Shown here one piece after another: positions 49,801-59,770 of a stretch of 64,000 bases of DNA. Origin of the DNA: Bugula neritina (lineage: Eukaryota > Animalia > Bryozoa); the NCBI GenBank assembly GCA_964035545.1, contig OZ037770.1:2698662-2762661 (forward strand), read 5' to 3'. Both the position numbers and the translations under genes were made by a program. The number at the start of each line of letters is the position of its first letter. The first letter of the stretch is position 1. Below the pieces are notes generated by a model that was not told the DNA's origin, did not search any database, and saw only the letters and a program-made list of their open reading frames with translations.

Positions 49801-52800
49801 TTTATTCATATGGGGCACAGGAGCAATTATGACTGGATGTTCTTTTTATTAACACCAATGGCCTTTACTGGGGTTAAAATGCATGACCTCGTGATTACTA
49901 AGTAAATGCTCAAACCCCTAGACCACAGCTGCATCTAATTTACATACATTTCAAGACGTTGGTAGTTTTTTCTTATTCAAAGTTATTTTTGATCTTCAAT
50001 TGACTTTTATTTTCTTGGATTGTAATTAATTTGTTTGGATACAATTTTGTTAAAATTAAATTTGCTTATGTAGCAGCAGGCGCAATACCTCGCTGCATGT
50101 TGGTGTAATCGAAATGCAGTGATATTAAAATATAATTCTCTCTTTCCTATCTCTCTGAAACAAGATCTACTGACATAAACTACAACCATCCCTGCTATCT
50201 ACATAGCATTGTATAGAGTTTGGTTTGCATGCAATGGTTTCCATTGGTCACACCTGGTGACTCATGTTATGAATACAGCTCATGGAAACCCTAGTTCATT
50301 AGACCAAGACTAATTTATCAGATTGAGACTAGTTTATCAGACCAAGACTAGTTTATCAGACCGAGACTAGTTTATCAGACTGAGACTAGTTTATCAGACT
50401 GAGACTAGTATATCAGACTGAGACTAGTATATCAGACTGAGACTAGTTTATCAGACTGAGAGTGGTTTATCAGATTGAGACTAGTATATCAGACTGAGAC
50501 TAGTATATCAGACTGAGACTAGTATATCAGATTGAGACTAGTTTATCAGACTGAGATTGAGTCAACTAACACAGAACTAGTTACAAAGTACTGGTGTCTG
50601 TTTACAGGGGATTACGGATGCCAAGGCTGACAAGGTGAAAGTAGAGAGTGGAGTGTTGACTAAAGTGATACGAGTCATAGCCAATCTCTCTATGAATGAA
50701 GAAGTTGGACTAAATCTCTGTGACAATAGAAAGTGTATAGACCTGCTGATACAGATTATTAGTGAGTTTATAGAATGTTTATAGATCTACTTATGCAGAT
50801 TATAAGTGAGTTTACGAGTAATTGTAGAACGTTTATAGACCTACCTTAGATGCAAATAAAAAGAATATATTACTTTTTATAGAAATGGTGTAGCTACAAA
50901 TTTACTTTATAGTATATATATATATATATATAATATAGAACCCAATCCTCTCCTCACTGTGATTTTTGGAATTTGCCGATTACTTTTGGATATATTTGCA
51001 TTCTTGTTTTATAATTTACTTTTGCAATGCCTAGTTTATATGAGATTAGGTTCTAGTAAGTTCTTTTCTTTATCTACCATAGAGATGTTGAAAGATCCTT
51101 AATCAATGAGTAATTTATTTCAGTATGACATTAATGCACATAACTTGCTGTAAATTCAGATCAATATACTAACACATATATAACTCTGTAGATATAGATC
51201 AATACACTAACAAATATATACAGTAATACTGTAGATTCAGATCAATGCACTAACACATATACATTTTTGTAGATATAGAACAATATACTAACACATATAT
51301 ATTTCTGTAGATATAGGTCAATACAATAACGCATGCATATTTCTGTAGATATAGAACAATCCACTAATACCTATGTAATTCTGTAGATATAGATCAATAT
51401 ATTAATACATATATATTTCTGTAGATATAGAAGACATGGCAGGTCTAGAGGAAGTTGTACTCAACTCCATGAGTACTATAAACAACATCTGTTTCTACAG
51501 CATATCCGGCACTGTAATGGAAGAGTACGAAGTTGATATCTGTAGAGGTCTGTGTTATTAGTACTTAAGTACATATTCTGGATTAGTAGATGTCTTTGTG
51601 CAATCTACTAGTAGTGTAGCAATTTGAATACAAACTGCAATATTTTGCAGTCAACTATACCTTGGCTGTCGTATGAAGCTAAATTTTTATAATAAATATT
51701 TTACAAGCATGTCCCTGAGTAATTGGAGATACCATTTCACTTACTGATCACTATGATGGTTAATCGATCAAGAGAAAAATATCACAATGCGCTCTGCAAA
51801 TCCTGGAATACTAGCTAAGTGTCCGAGATTCTCACAATGTATGACAACTCCTTTGTCTGTCGTATATATGCAGTTGCCTGAATATGTTACTAGGCTTGAT
51901 GAAGATGCTATTGCGTGACCACACGGACCCTCTGGTGGCTGAAGTCTGCAGAATATTTGGCAACTTGACAAGAAATAAACTGGTCAGGGAATTTCTGACG
52001 GCCAACTCAGGTGAGAGTCTACACTGACTTTCTTATCTCCAACAGCAGAGGTATTAACATTCAAATGCATACTCAATGTGACTAGGTTTTAAACTTTTCA
52101 AGTTTTAAGTTGCGTTTATACCTCTGCTTGCTGAAAAAAGTTTCATGAAATCATGTTGATGCGGAAGCTTACTTTTTAAAAGTAAAATCTGACTTGCCTA
52201 ATCGCTATTTGATGCCCTTTTAAAGCATCATGAATTGATAAAGTTGACAGCATAAAGCGATAATCAAGAAATCGTAGGTGATATGATTATTACCATATAA
52301 GTACCTCGTCTAATCGCTAAAGTCAAAACTAAATAACAATATTTATTATTCTGAACTCGGCCGATTAAGTTATCACAATAGAAAAATTTTGACGTGTAGT
52401 TTGTATAATGCAATGCAACTCGGAAAAATTTCAACTCGGCCAAATTGAATTTCTGACAGAAAATTGTGAATGTATAAACGCAACTTTAATGTTTAGTTAT
52501 ATAAGTGAATTGGTATCTAGTCAACTTCTCGATATTTATCAACACTTTTTTTAACTCAGCACAATGGTGTTATTTTAATATTATCATTATTTGTGGTGAA
52601 ACCCAACATATGACGTTTCCATCTTCAATTTAACAACTTAGCAGCTGAAAAGTTGTTATCACATGACTGCATGGCTCCATGTTATTTTACCCGTGACTGT
52701 ATTACTCATCGTTCACTTGTAGTCATGGAGATAGTGTAATTGCTCACTTGTAGTCATGGAGATAGTGTAATTGTTTACTTGTAGTCATGGAGATAGTGGT

Positions 52801-54853
52801 CACACTGCTGGACTCTGGTGACCCTGACCTCGTGTACTTCTGTGCCGGTGTGCTCACTAACCTCATGCACGATGCTGATAAAAGACCCGTCTTAAAAAGA
52901 GAAAATGGAATAGCTAAGTAAGTTAAATAGATTTCTAGAGGTCATTTAATCACAGGATGTTATTGTTGTTATTTAAAAATTTGAAGTTTTCTCAAGTTTC
53001 TTTCAACTTAGATTTAGGATACAGGAACTATTATAAAAGCTATTATGGAGGTTTTAGACATGTTTGGAAATATTTTTGCTCTTCGTATATTATATTATAA
53101 ATTTACGCTATAAGTTATTTACATTAGCTGTTCAATTTATATCAATTTTGTTATGGGTCATTTTACTTAATTTAGTACACGCTGAAAATCTTCGGTTTTT
53201 AGCTATTTTTTACAATTTAGCTGCTAATGAACATGGGTTTTTGCCCAAAACTAGTAAAATATAAATGAACACATCTAAATAATCAAGGCTCTTTTTAATT
53301 TTGCTTGATTTTCCCAAGTCTTTTCCTAATTATTCAGCAACTTGTGCTTGCAGAGTGTTATGAAAAAACTATAACTCTCAGAAATCAAAAGTAGCTGAAA
53401 AAACATGGGAAATCAAGCAACATTAAAATAACCTTGATTACTTAGGTGTGTTCATTCATATTTTACTAGTTTTGGGCAAAAACCCATGTTCATTAGCAGC
53501 TAAATTGTAAAAAAATAGCTAAAAACTGGAGATTTCTAGTGTGTACTAAATTAAGTTAAATGCCCCTTATCAGAATCTTTTAAAAATTTCTTTCTTTTCA
53601 TAAATTTGGAGAACTTTGTTATTTTCTCAACTTTAAACAATCATCTCAACTAGAAAGCAATTATTTATTTAAACTGAAGCAAAAATTTATTATAATGTTT
53701 CCTAAACAATTTTTCAACCAACCATCTACTACTTCTCTCTTTAATATATTTTACTCTTCACCAAGTAAGTGCATTCTCACTCTGAACTCTATAACCAAGA
53801 CACTCTTTTAGACTGATAGACGTGCTGAGAGACTTTGCTACTACCGACTGGCAGTTAGCCGGGCTGGTCTGCCAAGTCCTCTGGAATTACAGTATCGATA
53901 TACGGAGTAGCAATCTTACCTTCGGAGAACAAGAGTCTCATCAGCTGGTCAATCTGCTCACCGACTACATCGGTATGTTCCGGAATTGTCACACTGTTGA
54001 ATTTAGTTCTTCACGTGTTGAGTTTAGTTCTTCACGTGTTGAATTTACTTCCTCACGTGTTGAATTTAGTTTTTCACATGTTGAGTTTACTTCTTCACGT
54101 GTTGAATTTAGTTTTTCACGAGTTGAATTTACTTCTTCATGTGTTGAGTTTACTTCTTCACGTGTTGAGTTTAGTAGATTAGTTACAGCTTTCTCTATGA
54201 GCCGCTCATATGCCATTCTGTTATTCTGCATCCAGTGGAAAAATCTTTCTTGTCTCCACCGTCTCTGATTTTTTATCATTTTGCTGTTGATTGTTTACTT
54301 GCACTAACTCTTACTTACTGTTATGTCAATTAGAGTTCATATCATACTCTATCTAATAGCTGTTATAGATTAGTAATTCTGCAATCTAGTTTATTACAAG
54401 TCAGTAAGTATTTTGTCACATTATATACCAGCCATATCTAACTTACCCTTACTGACTCACGGTGAGGGCAAGTTTGAGTCACTTTTTCTATTACTTACTT
54501 ATAATACTTACTATTCATCACTTACTATACATTACACACTAATAGTTCTTTGATTGTTATAAATTAAATACTGTTGCTTGCTTGCTATTACTTACAGCAG
54601 ACTACAGTTTCAATTCTAAAGTGAAGACAGGCTCACTGTTGATTAATATAATGTATATTTTGGAGTTGTCATCTTTTCCTGGTCTGTTGCAGACAATGCG
54701 CATCTTCCATCTGAAAGCAGTTCGACTGCTGAGATACGACAATACCTCCATGACACGTGGATCTCGGAGTTCTGTGCCGTCGCTGCTCAGCTGAGGAAGA
54801 GAGTGAAATCTCACCAGTCTAAGTTCGTGGAATTGTCCCCTCCTCGCTCATAG
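43590..54853 (+). CDS. ARMC2: Armadillo repeat-containing protein 2, 860 aa, 17 coding exons
   Basis: Exons 43590-43733, 44383-44513, 44992-45193, 45314-45472, 45986-46118, 46527-46661, 47176-47291, 47376-47478, 48018-48190, 48766-48962, 49468-49708, 50608-50761, 51425-51547, 51894-52010, 52785-52917, 53812-53972, 54693-54853. All GT-AG, 2583 nt in frame. ARMC2 motifs: KTSAQIVSEAK, RPYTPREDNRTLFG, CKVIFKVSR, RVCFVLGNL, RIFGNL, LRDFATTDWQLAGLVCQVLWNYS. Confidence 0.93.
43790..43985 (-). mobile_element. SINE copy, antisense in the ARMC2 intron after coding exon 1
   Basis: Reverse complement of the SINE core (TGACTGGATGCCCTTCCTAACATCACCAATGG) plus B-box. Confidence 0.75.
46666..47115. repeat. 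(CTA/CTG)n trinucleotide microsatellite, ~450 bp
   Basis: Starts immediately after the exon 6 donor of ARMC2. Confidence 0.97.
47500..47645. repeat. 16-18-bp minisatellite carrying TGACTCA
   Basis: GTGACTCATCGTATAA-type units, ~9 copies. Confidence 0.9.
49718..49932 (-). mobile_element. SINE copy, antisense in ARMC2 intron 11
   Basis: AGTTTATAGTCACTATCCCTGTGGGAAACCCTGATGG...CCCCTAGACCACAGCTGC is the reverse complement of the 1006 family. Confidence 0.8.
50300..50560. repeat. 19-bp minisatellite (AGACTGAGACTAGTTTATC)n
   Basis: ~13 copies just upstream of ARMC2 exon 12. Confidence 0.92.
51148..51430 (+). repeat. 38-bp tandem repeat of the ARMC2 exon-13 acceptor region
   Basis: Unit CTGTAGATATAGATCAATAYACTAACACATATATATTT; AG ends at 51191, 51234, 51272, 51310, 51348, 51386, 51424. 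Confidence 0.9.
52108..52485. mobile_element. PIF/Harbinger-type MITE
   Basis: TIRs AGTTGCGTTTATAC / GTATAAACGCAACT, flanked by TTA on both sides. Confidence 0.75.
53154..53566. mobile_element. Foldback MITE with long (~160-170 bp) inverted arms
   Basis: TTTACAATTTAGCTGCTAATGAACATGGGTTTTTGCCCAAAACTAGTAAAATAT on the left arm is matched by its reverse complement on the right arm. Confidence 0.85.
53995..54175. repeat. 21-bp minisatellite (TTGARTTTAGTTCTTCACGTG)n
   Basis: ~8.5 copies just after the exon 16 donor of ARMC2. Confidence 0.92.
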
Positions 54854-57004
54854 AATGTGTTCTTGTGTACTGTGAGGGCGGGTGTGCGCCCGACCACCCC
54901 TACTTTTTACTGACTTTGTGTTTAGAGTTACACCCTTACTAAAAGGCATGATTAGGGGTAGAGGGCAATTCCAACCCGATACTATCATGCTAAGAATTGT
55001 AAGCTATTTGAAACATTCTTAGCTACTGGGAGCTAACGTTGGCTACTAACCCAGTTGTGTAGCTACTGAGTCAAGTTTTTTCATATTTAGCTCAAGTAAG
55101 AGTTGAAAGTAAGTCAGTTAACTTTAGGGTCAATGATTTCACTATTAACAAATTAAAACTTGGCTCAACGCCAGCTGGAATTCAGATTGATAAAAAAATT
55201 CCCATAAAATAGGAGTTATCCACTCTAAAGTGTGAAGTGTACTGTTCAAACAACTTTTTCTAGTGCTATGGCTAAGTTTTCCTTCCTCTTAACAAAAGCT
55301 GACAATGTTATTTCAATTATACTGTCTAAGCCACACCCACTCTAAGGGCGTTCAATGGAGCGTAACATCCAATGAGTGCTACTGTTACATCGCTCAATTA
55401 TTGTTAATATTTTTGTATTCACCACATTTTAGCCTAATGGTCAGTTTTAATGTATTATCTGTTCTCTGTGGTATAGCGGTGGTCAGAATTAATTTTATAT
55501 TTAATGTAAAAATGAAATGCTATTTTTATTTATTTATTTTCTTTACAGATAAATTATTTCTGTATGTGTTTTGTGATAGTGTTGTCCGTCCAATGGTAAA
55601 TATTTGATGAATTAAATAAAATCTATTGATTATTTTATAAGCTGCACTTTTTGATTTCTCCAACTTGTAGTTGTGATAACTTCCAATTTATATTTTCAAC
55701 TCGACAAATTTTTTAAAAATATTTGGTTTATCGTCAAGTCTGATATAATATGCATTATAGTTTCACCTGATATAAATCATGATTTTAATAAAGAATTTAA
55801 TATCAAAGCGTAGTATAGCATGCTGATTGCTGATTCTACGTGTGCTGATCGTGTGTATGTATATATATATATATACTTCATACAATTTGATACTGTTCGG
55901 GTCTTGATACAAGTATGCTAGTATATTTTATACTGAATCAATCATCACAAAACTGTCACTCTGAATATGTATGGAGAATACATAAAGCTAAAGGTAATCA
56001 TGATTTGCATTAATTATTTTTTCTCACTTTTTTCCTTCACTTTTAAAATTTATTAAATGTTTTTGGCGTGTCATGTTTTGAAAACAGTAAAATTTATATA
56101 TTTCATAATTATAGAGTTTAAGTTCATGCATTGCAAAACTTTTATTTTTCTATCAAATTTATTTCCTGAAGTACATGTACATTATATTCCAAATAAAATT
56201 GTTCAGCCTCAAACTTTCCAAAGATATAAACAAGTCCAGAAGTCCTTAAATATTCAAATGTATTTATTCCTCAAAGTTGTTGATCACATGCCTTCATACA
56301 GGCGACATTAGTATACATCAAAAATGTTGGTTAAGAGTTACTGCCCTTTACAAGTGTCAAAATATCAATTCCAGTGATGGTGAATCATACCTAGACATAG
56401 TAATAACACTTTATTAATATTTTATTTCTATTTTTTATAAAAAATTTGCATTGAATTCATTAGTTGGCACACAATCTTTGGTAACAAACAACCTACATTC
56501 CTGCTGAAGTTCTTATGCAATGTTTTGCTTTAACTTTGACTTTTCGTTTAGGATAAGCAGAACTTGTTTTTCTCAAAACTGGCTCAATTTTGGCAACTCA
56601 TAAAAATTAATGAAAATATAGAGCTTTTATTCTAACTTTTTAGGCAATTAATATTTCTAATCACTGAAAAAGATGCAAACAACTTCCCTCTGTTTTGCCT
56701 ATTATTAGACTTAATTCATTCTTTTGGGTGAAAAAGTAAGAATTTCAGCTTTGGCTGCCAAATCCTAGACTTTAATCTTGTGTCTGAATGCCTAGAGGAT
56801 AATAATAGAGACGTATCATGACCCTACTTTGTGAAGGTCAACCCTTTTATTCTCTCAAAACTATTAAGTGTACATCCTGGTATTCAGGAGGTAAGAATTG
56901 AGGGTAAAGCCACGCTTGTTCATAGTTTTTGTGAATATCATGAGGAGTTGGTGAGAAAATACTACAAAGAGCAGGCAGCTACAGTCGATAGGGGTTAGGG
57001 CTTA

Positions 57005-57348
57005 GCCTAGGGCTACACGGTGCGTATTTTCGCATGCGAACATTTAAACCACAAATAGCAAAGGTGTCCACTGTATAAGTTGAGAAAATATTCGCACTTG
57101 TCGCTCAGCATTCTGAACGCAAGTGCGAATCGTCTCTGTCGTCGTCACCTAATTGGCTGATAGTTATTTAGCGAGCCCAATTTTTCTATTTTAGTGCTAT
57201 ATTCCAGCAAATTGCGCTTTATTAAAGGCGAGTGCAATTTAAAAATGAAAGCTTTATTTATCCCGCATCACTGACGCTACAGTGGACACCTTTGCTACCC
57301 GTGGTTTCAATTTTCGCATGCGAAAATACGCACAGTGTGGCCCTAGGC
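57005..57348. mobile_element. PIF/Harbinger-type MITE inserted in a SINE
   Basis: ~70-bp TIRs GCCTAGGGCTACACGGTGCGTATTTTCGCATGCGAA... / ...TTCGCATGCGAAAATACGCACAGTGTGGCCCTAGGC; TTA TSD; flanks are SINE head and core. Confidence 0.88.
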
Positions 57349-58296
57349 TTAGCGAGGTTAGTGGTTTGATCCCCAGTGAAGGTGTATCAGTGATGTTAGG
57401 AAAAGCATCCAGTCATTATAGAGTTGAGTTTGCCCATAGCCTTTGTGCTTACAAGCTGGAGGTCTGAGATTTAAATCACATTAGGGCAAAGGTTGTACAC
57501 TCTTTACTTACAATATATGGCGCTCTCATGGCCTGTTTAAAAGCAACCTTTCCATAAAGAGGTTCTATCAGGTATGGTAACTATAAACTCACATGAGTTT
57601 GACCTTTTGACCTTTATTACATTAAATTATTTCATAGCTATTAGTTTATAACTGCTAAGACTTTGCTTATACAGTAATTTAAAACATAAAACTGTTCTGT
57701 GTTAAGGCATATGAGTTTGTAAAACTTAAAAGGTTCTATTTTAGTTCGAACAATTGGTAATAACAGTGGCTAATGTCTATTCAGTCAATTCTCTTTTAGA
57801 AAAGTGTTTTTTCAAGTGTTTTAAATTCTATTTTTAAAGAAAAAGCAAAACTTGAAAATAAATGATTATTGTTTTATTAAATCACTTGTTTATAGTTCCA
57901 AACCTTGCAAAAATAGTTCCTCAGACCTAAAATTGTTTTGTCAAGCTGCTAAATGTTGTTATATAACGAATAATAATCACTGTCATTATTCGATTGCATG
58001 GAGAAGAAGTTTAAAAAGAAAATCTAGTATTGAATAAATTCAAAAAATATTTTTGTAGAATAAAATGAACCTGAAAATTTTGGCCATAAAAAAGTTTCCC
58101 CCCCCCCGCCAAAGCTTTTGGAGAAACACTATGCAGAAGGAATACAACTCTCAAGCACACTGCGCCCTCTACTCATCATTTTCAATGTCATGTTAAGGTC
58201 ACTGAAGCCGCTCAAGCATTTTATTCAGAAATCTAAAACATTTAAATGTCTGAGTTAAGCAAGCACCTGTCACTAAGTGTCTAGAGCTGTCAAAAT

Positions 58297-58833
58297 ATGA
58301 ACTGGAAACTTCTGCATTGCTTCATACTTCTGACAACATTACATCATGGTAAGTGACCTGCAGCTACCTGCTACCTGCTGTCAGCGGAATATAGTGCTTT
58401 CTTTATATCATAAAAGTGTTGCGATTAGCTTGTTGCTATGTGTGTGTGAGAAATGTGTTAGTAACTCTATTACAATGACATAGACATAGACACAATATAA
58501 TATGAATAATATTTCCATGCTACATTCAAGTCTCAAATGCATATTTTATAGTATCATTGATGCAGTAACAAAATATATCTGTTGCTACTTAATGCTATAA
58601 GTTATTAAAACTCTACTCATGCAAACTTATTGAAATTTATATTACGATAATAGAGATGAACATTATTAGAAACATCTGCATTTCTCTTCATCAAACTTGT
58701 GGTGTTTATGTTGATAGTTGCATCCTTACAACCTCTGCCAAGGGTCAAGGGTTCAGGGGAGACAATTACTATAGCTGCCGGGCAAACTTTACAACTCCAG
58801 TGCATTGTAGAAAACATGCCAAAAAAATTGAAA
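58297..58833 (+). CDS. Ig-superfamily cell-surface or secreted protein (lachesin/IgLON/Dpr-like start), first two exons; rest probably beyond the right edge
   Basis: Exon 58297-58348 MNWKLLHCFILLTTLHH (signal peptide, phase-1 GTAAGT donor) plus exon 58718-58833 VASLQPLPRVKGSGETITIAAGQTLQLQCIVENMPKKLK|GTAAGT, i.e. Ig strands A-B with the conserved Cys. Confidence 0.75.
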
Positions 58834-59628
58834 GTAAGTTCTAATATTTTAGTAGCTGATTTTCAAGTATAATTTTTAGCTTTGGTAGGTTTATTGTGGT
58901 GAGTTTTTAATAAAATTTAGTTGTTCATTAAAATTTTTACAAAACCCAATGTACTGTGTTAACATTTTTATATAATATAGTGTAAAATATTACTTACTGC
59001 AGATTTAATCCCTTGACATTTGATTTCAATTACTCAGTTATATATTATTTCAAGCGAGTTTGTAACATTCAAACGATTATCTAAATAAAGCTACAAATGA
59101 ATACAATAATAATTTATAACATGACCTCACATAAATCAAACTCATATATCAACTATTAGCGTCTAAAACAATTGTGTAGTTGTGCAATTTGTTGTGAATA
59201 CGTGTCACAACATCTAAGCAACTACCCCATTAATCATGTGCCACTGAGCCAGCCAAATATCAGAGACAAATAGAAGCTAACATTTTTCTTTTTGATCTGC
59301 GGATAATATTTATTGTGAAATTCAGTGGATTTGAAGTAATCGCAGGGTATCTGAAGAAAGAGATGTTTTTGAGCTTTACCTAATATGTGGTCAAAGTTTA
59401 ATCATGGACATCTCCCCCTTGATCTTGTCACTTTGATAAGTCTTACTCAACAACAAGTCAATGGCACGATACATGGGCTAGTATTGTAGGGGAGGTAACT
59501 TCTTTGCTAATGTTAGAAACTTAGGCTACGTTGAAGTGACGTTCATTTTACACACCCAATCAGTATATTGATAGTTGATGAGAATTTAGACTGTAGCAGT
59601 GCTATTTACACACCACTCTTTATAATAT

Positions 59629-59709
59629 GTCTGTCTGTCTGTATGTATGTTCGTCCGTCTATTTGTCTGTCTATATGTTCGTCCGTCCGTATGTCTGTCT
59701 GTCCGTTCA

Positions 59710-59754
<45 letters not shown>

Positions 59755-59770
59755 GCTGTCTCTCTCTCTC
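59629..59770. repeat. (TGTC)n-type microsatellite
   Basis: Direct inspection. Confidence 0.9.

Noticed and set aside
51768-51971. 67-aa minus-strand ORF
   Set aside because: Antisense to ARMC2 exon 14 (51894-52010).
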